Positions 46,626 through 55,927 of a stretch of 64,000 nt of DNA are shown here, in pieces. The position numbers and the translations under genes are program-made. The first letter of the stretch is position 1. The number at the start of each line of letters is the position of its first letter. The stretch comes from a virus, in the IMG/VR virus record IMGVR_UViG_3300007512_002775, positions 1 to 64,000 of that record. One strand, given 5' to 3'. Under the pieces are notes generated by a model that was not told the DNA's origin, did not search any database, and saw only the letters and a program-made list of their open reading frames with translations.

Positions 46626-47029
46626 TTTTTGGCCTCATCATAACCATAATGCAATACATCTTGATAAATCCTATCTACGTGTCGAATGTACTCACGATCT
46701 AATTCGGTGATGCGTTCAACTGTGTGAGTATATACCCCAATTTGGATCTTGTCATCGCTGATCTTCAATTCGCCGTGATGCTTCATTTCATCTTCGAACT
46801 TCAAGACTTCATTCACGAAATCAATTAAGCGGTATCTCTCTTTAAAACTAAAAACACGAACGAACCGTTCTGGGCCGTCGACTACTTCCCATTTGGCTTT
46901 AGTTGCCTTGAGCGGTACTTCTTGTTCTAAAAGAAGGCCGGGCGAAAATAAATGATCTTCGACAGGAGTTCGTATGGGGCTCCCCTCGGCATCAAAATAC
47001 TCTTTCATTATTTTCGCAATTTCCTGCAT
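46616..47029 (-). CDS. pterin-4-alpha-carbinolamine dehydratase-like protein
   Basis: W......R.F.F......FVN.V....E..HH..L......YTH....ITELD; N-terminal extension with LLLEQE. Confidence 0.8.
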   Translation of the reverse strand: MQEIAKIMKEYFDAEGSPIRTPVEDHLFSPGLLLEQEVPLKATKAKWEVVDGPERFVRVFSFKERYRLIDFVNEVLKFEDEMKHHGELKISDDKIQIGVYTHTVERITELDREYIRHVDRIYQDVLHYGYDEAKKWI

Positions 47030-47030
47030 G

Positions 47031-48194
47031 CTATAGCTCCGTAGTTTGATCCATGGCTTTCTTCAATAACTGCAGTTTTTTCTTTTTAGAAACGGATTGC
47101 CATCTATCTAACGCTTTTTCTACTAAGTCATCACTGAGCTCAGCAGCTTGTTTTAGTGCTGGAATGGCGGCCTCAATCTTGGCGGCCGCTTCCTCTGCAG
47201 CCGCGGAATCAAGAGCCCCGCTGGCGACAAGTTTATCTAATTTTCTCTTAATCACAGCAGGGCTACGTTTTGCACGACCCGAGAGCTGATTAATCACCGT
47301 CAATTTCAGCTCCTCAGGAATTCCTAAGTCTTGAATTCTTCCATCCAGCTCCCGGGCTGCCTCTTTTGCAACCTCCTTATAAGCTGGTAGGACAAAAGAG
47401 CTCACGAAAAAAAACCTAAACGAATCTAATTCTTTTACGGCCTGCGGGACAGCACGGAGCTCTTCTAAATCTTCGCTGTCCAATACTTCGGCGTCTCCCA
47501 AGACGTCAATGTATTCCCCTACAGCAAAATTCATGAGTGCTTCTAGATCTTCTCTTTTTACTTGTTGGGCAAAATACCCCAGTCTGCTAGTAATACGATT
47601 GATCTCTTGGCGTATTCCAGAAGGTCCTGAGTAGCCAAATTCTTGAGCCAGGTCTTCGAGGCTCATTCCTTCGTCCTCAAGGGGTTCAGCCGATATGGGT
47701 TCGACGTCGCCAAAGTAATCTATGCCGCCAGTCCGATATTGATCTAATTCAGCCTCTTCTTCAGCGGTCAGTACCTCATAGAGCACACGGCGTATCGCCC
47801 TTTTTATAGCTTCTTCTTGCACACTCTCCTCCTCGCCAACGTCTTCCTCCGTTTGAGGAACGCGATCGTTGGCTTCGTCTACTAATTTATGGAGCTGCTT
47901 GTAGTACCACTCCACCTCCTCAGGAGGCACGGCTCGAGCCAACACGCTAGCAGCGTTGGCGAGTTCTTCCACCGAAACCGGAACAAATTCGTCATCGTCA
48001 ACAGGGGGTTCTGCAACTGCTAGCTGTACAGCCATGAGTGGAGAAGGATCGATCGGATCTGATGTCGATTCGATCTCTTCGTCTTCGACTTCTTCATCAA
48101 ACTGTGCTTCCGTTGGATTGGGCAACGAATCATATATCCCACGAGATTGAACGGCAAACTGCTCGCTTAATGATTGTTTATTGATCTTAGTCAT
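47031..48194 (-). CDS. acidic hypothetical (putative virion) protein
   Basis: internal EEAIKRAIRRVLYE tag; ATAATTA at 48210-48216. Confidence 0.65.
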   Translation of the reverse strand: MTKINKQSLSEQFAVQSRGIYDSLPNPTEAQFDEEVEDEEIESTSDPIDPSPLMAVQLAVAEPPVDDDEFVPVSVEELANAASVLARAVPPEEVEWYYKQLHKLVDEANDRVPQTEEDVGEEESVQEEAIKRAIRRVLYEVLTAEEEAELDQYRTGGIDYFGDVEPISAEPLEDEGMSLEDLAQEFGYSGPSGIRQEINRITSRLGYFAQQVKREDLEALMNFAVGEYIDVLGDAEVLDSEDLEELRAVPQAVKELDSFRFFFVSSFVLPAYKEVAKEAARELDGRIQDLGIPEELKLTVINQLSGRAKRSPAVIKRKLDKLVASGALDSAAAEEAAAKIEAAIPALKQAAELSDDLVEKALDRWQSVSKKKKLQLLKKAMDQTTEL

Positions 48195-48212
48195 CACATA
48201 CCTCAATACTAA

Positions 48213-48701
48213 TTATTGAGCTGCCTGGCCAACTGCATAACCAGCGGCTACAGTAACCAAAATTCCCGAAATAACTCCGGTGGCAAACCAAAACTCTCCA
48301 GACTCATACCACGATGGAGGAGACCAGTTCTTCTCCAGAAACCCGATCCTCTCATTTTTTATTCTCATTAAAGATTGGAACCTGTTCTCCTCGATTTGCA
48401 AACGCAGCGCAAAAGCATCGATCTGCGCCTGCAGGGTCAATGTATTGAGCTGCAACTCCTTATCCAACCTGAGCTGGCACTCTTCCTGACTGAATTTGAG
48501 ATCCCCGAACAAGGAAGCCGCGGCGTTTTGAGACAACAAGACTCCACTGAACGGCGCAACCTGGCCTTCGGCCAATTGTGTCACTCGACCTTGCGTCAGA
48601 TCATCGGCAGCGACCTCTTCCGCGCCGACGTTAATCGGCAGATACAGAATGGCCAGCGCGCACACACACGCAGTCAGCTTACTCCTTCGGCGTGTCAACA
48701 A
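48213..48701 (-). CDS. exported coiled-coil protein with C-terminal TM (spanin-like)
   Basis: signal peptide, coiled coil, WYE..WF TM segment. Confidence 0.5.
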   Translation of the reverse strand: MLTRRRSKLTACVCALAILYLPINVGAEEVAADDLTQGRVTQLAEGQVAPFSGVLLSQNAAASLFGDLKFSQEECQLRLDKELQLNTLTLQAQIDAFALRLQIEENRFQSLMRIKNERIGFLEKNWSPPSWYESGEFWFATGVISGILVTVAAGYAVGQAAQ

Positions 48702-49056
48702 AATCTGCTCCTATGATATTTGCGATCTTTCTTGCGAGGTCATCATCCTTCTCAGCATCGTCGATGAAATCCTGCTTCTCGCGCTCTAAATCTGCTTCCT
48801 TTTCCTCGGCCGTCTTTTCGATCTCTCTCGCCTTTTTATCTGATTCTTCGTCGATTTTTTCCAGCCCAGATTCCAGCTTATCTTGAGAATCTCTCAAGGT
48901 TCGCAATTCAGCTTCATTGGCGTCCTTGGCGTCCTGGAAATTCTCTCTATGTTCATCGGACATTGTTTTGAGTCGTAGGAGAACAAGGGAGCCAGTGAGC
49001 ATCGTTGCCAACGCTCCTACAAAAAACTTCCACTGTTTCTTCATCCAGTCCCACAT
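48679..49056 (-). CDS. N-anchored coiled-coil protein (i-spanin-like)
   Basis: N-terminal TM followed by long charged coiled coil. Confidence 0.5.
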   Translation of the reverse strand: MWDWMKKQWKFFVGALATMLTGSLVLLRLKTMSDEHRENFQDAKDANEAELRTLRDSQDKLESGLEKIDEESDKKAREIEKTAEEKEADLEREKQDFIDDAEKDDDLARKIANIIGADFVDTPKE

Positions 49057-49063
49057 GGCGATA

Positions 49064-49261
49064 TCAGCTACTGCCGTGCTTCCATGCAATTGCAGCATCG
49101 ACAACGGCTTGCGTCCCAATGTACGCCAACGTAACAGCTACCCAATCATTACTAGTCACCACGCCGTACATGCACAAGCCTGTCGCAGTCGACCAAGCTA
49201 AGAACTTCCTGCTTATGAATTTTTCAGTATACTTGTCTAAAAATGCTTTCATCTGTGCCAT
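49064..49261 (-). CDS. small 2-TM holin-like protein
   Basis: K..SRKFL...TM..W..TM.YIG.Q..VD; GAGGAG RBS. Confidence 0.55.
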   Translation of the reverse strand: MAQMKAFLDKYTEKFISRKFLAWSTATGLCMYGVVTSNDWVAVTLAYIGTQAVVDAAIAWKHGSS

Positions 49262-49274
49262 CGATAAACTCTCC

Positions 49275-49562
49275 TCAGTTAAGGTATCCATCATCATCTT
49301 TTTTAATGTTCCACTTAGAAGAGCGATGCACGCTTTTCTTAGTGGGAGAATCAACAATCCTAGCAATCACATCCATTTCGCTAGCTAATTCTCGAATAGC
49401 AGAAGCAACGCTGACTACGCATGCGCTCAGGGCTGCAATTGCCTCATTTGCATCTTGTAATTCTTTTTCTAGTGCAGTAATCTGGGTACGAGCTGCTTCT
49501 AGTTCCTCGTGAATATCAGTAGTATCTTCACTCGAAAGGATCGATTTGAGAAATGACATCAT
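49275..49562 (-). CDS. coiled-coil hypothetical protein
   Basis: 95 aa. Confidence 0.5.
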   Translation of the reverse strand: MMSFLKSILSSEDTTDIHEELEAARTQITALEKELQDANEAIAALSACVVSVASAIRELASEMDVIARIVDSPTKKSVHRSSKWNIKKDDDGYLN

Positions 49563-49818
49563 AAAGATTTTCTGCTTCCTTTTCTGTTACCCGCTTCGTA
49601 GCCTTGTCGCGCTTGGCTCTATATACTTCTTTTATTATAGAAGTAGCACTCTCATCGTTTTCCCCTACGAGAGAAGCAAACGCCTCGAAAACTTCTTGCA
49701 TGGAAAGAGAATAGTCGAACAGCATCTTTCTAAATTGGGTATGAGTTGCTCTGGTAAGATTGATGTGGACAGACTTTTTGGTCTCTAAATCGATTAATTT
49801 TCGAGTAACATCATCCAA
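49528..49818 (-). CDS. ribbon-helix-helix-like hypothetical protein
   Basis: KKSVHINL...H..FR......LSMQEV. Confidence 0.5.
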   Translation of the reverse strand: MDDVTRKLIDLETKKSVHINLTRATHTQFRKMLFDYSLSMQEVFEAFASLVGENDESATSIIKEVYRAKRDKATKRVTEKEAENLYDVISQIDPFE

Positions 49819-50482
49819 CTGCTGCTGCTCCTCCTGGAACTGCTCCTACCGCGATCGGAGTCTCGAGATCAGAGGAGGGAACATCTTGAGGTTCAACTAC
49901 GTCGATGTCATGCTTATCCGCTAGGATGCCCAATAATTCTTTTTCAGCTAATTCTCCATATCTAGTCATAATAAACTCACGGGATTTATTGACTAGCATC
50001 TTTTCCATGTCTAGTAAAGAAGTATAGTTTTTAACTAAACGAGCCACCTCAGCAGCAAACCTGTCCAAATCCAATTCTTGTTCGTACGTTGTATCTTCTT
50101 CTTGTTCCAATAAAAACTGCAACGAAAGATCGCCTTCTATGGTGATCGTAGCTTCTTCCGAAGTATCTTCGATTTCTTGACTCTTGCGTGCCTGAGCTTC
50201 GAAGTCAATAAGTAGTGCTTCTAAATCCTGATCGATGGATTTAGAGAGTTTCACTTCATCCTCGGGAGCAGCCGTTTCCTCGGGCTCCTCTCCCTCACCT
50301 TCACCTTCGCCTTCGCCCTCGCCTTCGCCTTCGGCAGCGCCTTCGTCAGGCGTGACTTCGGCCTCGGTCTCGTCAGGAGCAGGGGCTTCCTCTTCTCCTC
50401 CGAAGATGTCCTCTTCTTGTTCGAAAAGCCAGCCGCGAAGAGGTTTTTGTTCGTAGATAAACTTTACAGATTTGGTTTTCAT
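49811..50482 (-). CDS. acidic protein with (EG)n linker
   Basis: WLFEQEE, EGEGEGEGEGEGEGE, FLLEQEE. Confidence 0.65.
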   Translation of the reverse strand: MKTKSVKFIYEQKPLRGWLFEQEEDIFGGEEEAPAPDETEAEVTPDEGAAEGEGEGEGEGEGEGEEPEETAAPEDEVKLSKSIDQDLEALLIDFEAQARKSQEIEDTSEEATITIEGDLSLQFLLEQEEDTTYEQELDLDRFAAEVARLVKNYTSLLDMEKMLVNKSREFIMTRYGELAEKELLGILADKHDIDVVEPQDVPSSDLETPIAVGAVPGGAAAVG

Positions 50483-50498
50483 TCTAGCTCCATCTTCA

Positions 50499-51179
50499 TT
50501 ATGCTCTAAATAATTGACCTACTTTGTCTGCTCGACGGAAGCGCTTTTCAATGTGGGCCCAATTCAGTTCTTTCATCATGGCAAGCACGTACGTCCTACT
50601 ATTATCTAAATAGTCGCGATAATAGGCACCTACGTTCATATCCATCACAATGATCGGAAGAACTCCTATGCCAACATTTTTAGCCTCTTCATCAACAACA
50701 AAATTAATATACCTCTGGAGAAAAACCGAATAACCGGTGATGGCATAGCCGTCTCTAGAAGACATACAGCAAGCGATGAAGTCTCGCTGCCACGCATCAA
50801 ACGTCCCAAAATCTCTCTCCAGCCGGATAAAAGCAATGGAGTCCATGGTGATTTGGCTACTCAGATCGCTAATATTTTCGAAATACATTGCCCTTAAAAA
50901 CGAAGCGTTCATGTTGTATACTTCATCTAACTTCAGAGAACGGTAGTCACTAGATTTATTGTTGGCGTTTTCGCGATCCGCCCCATCTAATTCTGCACTC
51001 ACCTTGTTCAGCGCAGCCACAAATTCCTCAAACTCTTGACGCTGCGCTGTTTTGGTGGCATCGCTCAGTAGATCTGTCTTTAAATCAAATTGTTTGGGTT
51101 CGGTAACGTAAGCTTCCTCTATCGTCTTCCCTATTGTTGAATTGATCGATCTAACAACCTCTCTCTTTAAATCTTTCAT
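50499..51179 (-). CDS. degenerate Fe/Mn superoxide dismutase-fold protein
   Basis: YFENI, ERDFGTFDAW..DF, P.IVMD....AYY.DY, LNW; His ligands substituted. Confidence 0.75.
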   Translation of the reverse strand: MKDLKREVVRSINSTIGKTIEEAYVTEPKQFDLKTDLLSDATKTAQRQEFEEFVAALNKVSAELDGADRENANNKSSDYRSLKLDEVYNMNASFLRAMYFENISDLSSQITMDSIAFIRLERDFGTFDAWQRDFIACCMSSRDGYAITGYSVFLQRYINFVVDEEAKNVGIGVLPIIVMDMNVGAYYRDYLDNSRTYVLAMMKELNWAHIEKRFRRADKVGQLFRA

Positions 51180-51545
51180 CTATTTTACCTCGTAGTCGCT
51201 TTCGAATTCATCTTGATTCACAGCCAATAGTTCATCTTCGCCTAAAGGCGGTTGGCTCGGATCTAGATCACCATCGCCCGGGTCTATGATGTAGAGACCG
51301 TCAGGATCCACTTCATAAAGAACTTTCTCATGTATTCGGACGTCTTGAATGACTTCAGGGTCTTCTGGCGGCGGGTCAAACCTCGGCTCTTCGGGCATCC
51401 GGAGGATTATTTGGATGTCCCCATTCGGCTCTTCGATGACGTTATCGACTGTATACTCGTATTGAGACGCTTTATGGCGTACTTTCAAACCCGGGGAAAT
51501 AATCACATTACCCGCTTCGTCCCTGACGTCTGTTTCACCTAACAT
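51180..51545 (-). CDS. acidic hypothetical protein
   Basis: AAGGAG RBS, TAATG coupling. Confidence 0.6.
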   Translation of the reverse strand: MLGETDVRDEAGNVIISPGLKVRHKASQYEYTVDNVIEEPNGDIQIILRMPEEPRFDPPPEDPEVIQDVRIHEKVLYEVDPDGLYIIDPGDGDLDPSQPPLGEDELLAVNQDEFESDYEVK

Positions 51546-53848
51546 TATTTCTCCTTCAAACCGGCCAACTCGACCCAACGGACTCCTTCCTCAGAGCTTT
51601 CGTGCGTTTCCAGCAACGATCGTTGAGGGGTAGGACCTAGTAGCACTTCAACCAGTCGGCCTCGCTCATAATAAACACTCTCCTGTTGAGTAAACGTACC
51701 AAACGCCGGGGCTTGTGTCGCTGCCCTACCGCGCCTTTTGACGCGTCGAGTTGTACGAGTCTGTTCTTCCGAAGACTCTTGACGCTCGGCTGCAGGTTCT
51801 TTCTTCTTGGCCGGCTTCTTTTCAGCCGCCGGACGGCGACCTTCCGCCCTCTCCTTTCTACGGACTCTGTCGCCCAGAGAATCTGTATTATCTGTAGGCT
51901 TTACTTCGACTCCCACCTTTTTGGCACGATCTATCATGGCTTGCGTAGGCTTGCCAGGCTTTTTACGCTTTTTCTTGGCTTCGCCTGTTTTTTCTTCTGA
52001 ACTGCTGGCCGAAGTGCTAACGTCTTCCTCTTCTATCTCTATTTCGGCGCTCATCTCTACTGCTGCGTCGAGAGCGGCACGGGCATTGACGCCGGCTTCC
52101 TTTGCGACATCTACTGCAGCTTGCATATTGCCATCGGCGATTGCTTGCGTGAAATTAATCGTCTGCTGGCGTGACATTCCTACATCGTCCATGTAACGAT
52201 CGAACTGCCTTTCAGCCGCCGCATCTCTTTTCTCCAAGTAACTCAACAGCGTGCCCAGATTGTCCGCCTCGCCGGCAGCAGCTTGAGCAGCTTGCTTAAC
52301 ATCTTCAGACGGTATACCGGTTATTATCACATCATATTGATTCTGCAGTCGTGTAGCTAAGTCTCTAGCCAAGGTTGCGACTTTATCATCAGCAACACCT
52401 TGATCCTTGATGGACTTTTCCACGTCCTTAAACATGATCGCCTCAGATAATAGCACTCTCTGCAGCGAAGATTGATATACCCAGCCGGCCGTCTTCTTGA
52501 TCTGCTTACGTTCAAACAGGGCGTCCGTCAAGGAATGGTGGTGTACCCACGATTCTTCAGTTACGTCTCCTGATTGGGGCTTCTGGGTTGGGGCTTCGGC
52601 GGGGGGTCCTGGGTCTACTTCTGCTTCTTGCGCTACTTCCTCGGCCTCGTCAGGATCGAAGATGACAATCTTGGATTTGGGGTCATCGTTAATGAGTGCC
52701 GCCAGTTCCGGAGTCATGCCGGCGACATCTTCAGGGGCAGTAACCTTTCTTTCAAGGTCACCGATGGACACCAACTCCATGCCCTTGAGGTCATCTGCAC
52801 TGTCTGTTCTCTGGCCAGGCGTCATCTGTTGGACGGCTGTGGGAGAAGCGGGGACTGTTCCCACGCCGGGTACATTGACTGTTTGAGAAGCTCCGGCTAC
52901 AGTACTGCCACCCGCGACTGCCGTGGCGTCGCCAGTCGCCAAAGCTTGAAGATCTGTGGATATGGCGGTCGCGGCCGCTTGGGCCTGTTGCTTCTCTGCC
53001 TCTGCTTCTGCTCTTTTAGCTTCTAGCTCTTTGGCCTTGTTAATAATCTGTTCGAGAGAAGTGTCCAACAGATCGTTGGCGAACTCCTTAGAAGATAGAG
53101 TTTGGCCCTTGAAAAACGCTGCTACTTTACCCAAATACCCTTCTGGTGCCTTGGGCTCCTTGAAGGAATTCTGCGCAGCTTTTGTTAGTAAGCCAGCGTC
53201 TGGAAACTTAATACCTTTTGCCCATGTCATAAACTTATTCGAGGCTATGTCTCGAATAGGAAAATCTTTGAAAGCTTTCACTGCCTGATCCACGGCTTCT
53301 TCGGGAGATAACGTGGTTCCTTTATCATCAACTTCAATTGTGCCAGTATCCGTTCCTTTCATCCAGAACTCAGCAGCTTCCTCAGCAGCTGCCAAGGGAT
53401 CCTCCGAATACGGCAGCTTCGCCAATTCAGATCCAAAAAGAACTATAGCGTCATAAAAAGAATCTCTGACATTGTTTATGTTGGTGATCGCCGTGGTGAT
53501 CTTTCCAATCTGCTTTGCGGACTCTTGGGGGTCCCCCTTGAGAGCCACCTTGACCAAAGACAGGTTACCAGGTAGTGATTTTTTGAGATTGGCGAGGTAC
53601 TTAGTAGTTCTTTCGAATCCGAGCTCACCGACATCAACGATCAATTCATCGATGGTCTCGCCGGCAGCCTTTGACATCTGATCTAGTTTTTCTAGTTCTT
53701 TTCTATCTATCTTCTCAACGAGAACGCGACCGATAGAACCCTCTAAAAGGCCTGTTTCTACTGCACGCGCATAATCTAACTGAGCCCAGACCTTCCTTGC
53801 TATATTCTCGAGAAAGACCTCAGATTGGTTGGAGTTTATTTTTGGCAT
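51545..53848 (-). CDS. large helical protein (putative virion internal protein)
   Basis: 767 aa; repeated LxE sites; ends RWVELAGLKEK. Confidence 0.65.
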   Translation of the reverse strand: MPKINSNQSEVFLENIARKVWAQLDYARAVETGLLEGSIGRVLVEKIDRKELEKLDQMSKAAGETIDELIVDVGELGFERTTKYLANLKKSLPGNLSLVKVALKGDPQESAKQIGKITTAITNINNVRDSFYDAIVLFGSELAKLPYSEDPLAAAEEAAEFWMKGTDTGTIEVDDKGTTLSPEEAVDQAVKAFKDFPIRDIASNKFMTWAKGIKFPDAGLLTKAAQNSFKEPKAPEGYLGKVAAFFKGQTLSSKEFANDLLDTSLEQIINKAKELEAKRAEAEAEKQQAQAAATAISTDLQALATGDATAVAGGSTVAGASQTVNVPGVGTVPASPTAVQQMTPGQRTDSADDLKGMELVSIGDLERKVTAPEDVAGMTPELAALINDDPKSKIVIFDPDEAEEVAQEAEVDPGPPAEAPTQKPQSGDVTEESWVHHHSLTDALFERKQIKKTAGWVYQSSLQRVLLSEAIMFKDVEKSIKDQGVADDKVATLARDLATRLQNQYDVIITGIPSEDVKQAAQAAAGEADNLGTLLSYLEKRDAAAERQFDRYMDDVGMSRQQTINFTQAIADGNMQAAVDVAKEAGVNARAALDAAVEMSAEIEIEEEDVSTSASSSEEKTGEAKKKRKKPGKPTQAMIDRAKKVGVEVKPTDNTDSLGDRVRRKERAEGRRPAAEKKPAKKKEPAAERQESSEEQTRTTRRVKRRGRAATQAPAFGTFTQQESVYYERGRLVEVLLGPTPQRSLLETHESSEEGVRWVELAGLKEK

Positions 53849-53919
53849 CCTATAAAAATCCTCTTACGCATAACACAGCCCTATTTATTACTTATTATCG
53901 AGTAGGACCAAAGGACCTG

Positions 53920-54321
53920 TTAGAGTTTCCTCACGCTAACATTTGATGCTTTTAAAATATCAACACTAGACATATCGCGATATTCTTCGCTAAAAACGAC
54001 TTCATCAATTCCTGCGTTAATGATTGCTTTAGCGCACATGCGGCATGGCGAGAGCGTAATATACATGATTTTTCGTTTGGGGTTGTTGTAATCTAACTTG
54101 AGTAAAGCATTGATCTCTGCGTGGATAAACCCGCTCTGGCCAGGCTCGTCAGTTTCAGGCTCGTTAGGACCTCCAGAATAATTTCCATTGTAACCCACTG
54201 CCAATACTTGAGTATTGTCAGCCGCAACTACGATAGCGCCTACTTGAAAACGAGGATCATATGATCGCTGGGAGATGGTGCCAGCTGTCGCCATCCAGAC
54301 TTCGTCCCAATCAGGCCTCAT
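53920..54321 (-). CDS. dCMP deaminase
   Basis: RPDWD, VGA, GYNG, HAEINAL, TLSPCRMCAK. Confidence 0.93.
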   Translation of the reverse strand: MRPDWDEVWMATAGTISQRSYDPRFQVGAIVVAADNTQVLAVGYNGNYSGGPNEPETDEPGQSGFIHAEINALLKLDYNNPKRKIMYITLSPCRMCAKAIINAGIDEVVFSEEYRDMSSVDILKASNVSVRKL

Positions 54322-54323
54322 GG

Positions 54324-55340
54324 CTATGCACCTTTTTCAGAATCGGAGCCGCTAGCAACTTCTTGAACAGAAAGCTTCTTCTTCTCGGCATCGAGAACCA
54401 CATCGACGCCAGCTTCTTCAGCTTTTTTCATCAATTCCTCGATCTCCGGTTGGATCTCCTCGACAGCCTCGTTGACTAGTTCCAAGACTTCTTCGTCGCC
54501 TTCCTCTTCGACGTCGAATAGGTCGTCCACCAGAGCATCTCCCGGCAGGCCAAAGCCAGCAGCCTTTTTGTGGCCGCCGCCACCAAAGCGTTTGGCAATC
54601 TCAGAAACATCGATCCTATCATGGAACGCACGCAAGCTCACCTTGATGTTCCTGTCTTCGTGATCGTAGAACCATATCATCGCAAAATCGCAATCCGGCG
54701 ACAGCCTTGCTCCGATCTCGGACATCCAGTGTGAGGCATTGACCACCATCACGTCCATCCCTTCGAACTTGCGGTGGACGGCCTTCTCACACACCTTTTT
54801 GACCACAGTCTTAGAATAGGCAAGAATGTAAGAACCTCTCTTCACCGCATCATCGAATACCGAGTCGTCTTCGTACTTCTCGAACTCCTCGAACTCAAAG
54901 GGCACCATGTCAAAGGCCGCGGCGAACTCCTTCGAGTAAGGCAGTTCCCACTTCCATAGATCTCGATCCTCGATGTAATCGATGAACTTGGGTGCTTCCT
55001 TGCCAGGGTGAAAGAAGTCCCAAGCCAAACGCGCGCCTGAGTGCTTCATGTCGAAATGTGTATTAGAAATATCGTGAAGCTCTACCATAGCAGACTTGTG
55101 GTGGTCAATGACGATCAGGCCCTCGGCATCTTTTATCATCTGCTTGGTGGTCGCATTATCAAACGAAAAGTCCAAAATTGCTACTGTCTTACCTTTGACG
55201 TCAGGTGGTGGCGTACCGTGCTTGCTGGCGTGGTACTCTGCTCGATTGCCCAATAGCTTCCAAGCCGCGTACGCAGCACCGAAGCCATCAGTACAGTCTT
55301 TATGATAAATTAGTAAGTCTATTGAACTGGGTTCTAGCAT
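54324..55340 (-). CDS. DHH/DHHA1 phosphoesterase
   Basis: YH..C.DG, LDFS, IDHHK, DRDLW, SLR, GGGGH..AAG. Confidence 0.9.
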   Translation of the reverse strand: MLEPSSIDLLIYHKDCTDGFGAAYAAWKLLGNRAEYHASKHGTPPPDVKGKTVAILDFSFDNATTKQMIKDAEGLIVIDHHKSAMVELHDISNTHFDMKHSGARLAWDFFHPGKEAPKFIDYIEDRDLWKWELPYSKEFAAAFDMVPFEFEEFEKYEDDSVFDDAVKRGSYILAYSKTVVKKVCEKAVHRKFEGMDVMVVNASHWMSEIGARLSPDCDFAMIWFYDHEDRNIKVSLRAFHDRIDVSEIAKRFGGGGHKKAAGFGLPGDALVDDLFDVEEEGDEEVLELVNEAVEEIQPEIEELMKKAEEAGVDVVLDAEKKKLSVQEVASGSDSEKGA

Positions 55341-55897
55341 TAGTCACCGTCATACAGATCATTTACAAATGGTGTCTCCGACCAAGCTCTCGGTTCATAC
55401 ATATCAGCTCCACCAACCTCGATCTCTGCAAGATTGTCGATTTTCCTCACTGTATAGTACGCATTATCACCAGTTTTTACACATACTGCGGGACAAACTT
55501 CAATCTTAGTGGCCCAAGGGAGCATCTCCTTTACTTCGTGGAAAACGTTTCCTGATGCCGAAATCTGGATTGAGGAAGCAACGATCGTCTTGCCCTGCTT
55601 AAACAAGTCGATGAGGGCCGTCGCGCAGTCGTCTATCATGAATGCTTCATCGATGCCGATCACATCATAACCGATACTGTGCGCCACGATGTCCTCTCCG
55701 TTGTTAACGTTGATCGCCGGAAACCTGAGGCCAGCATGAGTACAGATCTCGCCTTCCTCATAACGATCATCCATCTTCGGCTTGAAGGCCACAACCCGCT
55801 TGTTTTGATAAGAACAGCGCTCGAGAACCGAAAGCATCCTCGTCGTCTTAGAACCAAACATCGGGCCCGTGAACACTATGAATTCTGGATTTTTCAC
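55340..55897 (-). CDS. tdk: thymidine kinase
   Basis: GPMFGSKTT, KP..D.RY, IDEA, VGG..MY. Confidence 0.92.
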   Translation of the reverse strand: MKNPEFIVFTGPMFGSKTTRMLSVLERCSYQNKRVVAFKPKMDDRYEEGEICTHAGLRFPAINVNNGEDIVAHSIGYDVIGIDEAFMIDDCATALIDLFKQGKTIVASSIQISASGNVFHEVKEMLPWATKIEVCPAVCVKTGDNAYYTVRKIDNLAEIEVGGADMYEPRAWSETPFVNDLYDGD

Positions 55898-55927
55898 TCG
55901 GTGGCAGCCTCCGTTAATATAATAACG

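Noticed and set aside
50290-50335. Short tandem repeat (CCTTCG-like)
   Set aside because: Encodes an in-frame (EG)n linker with synonymous variation; not a CRISPR or regulatory repeat.
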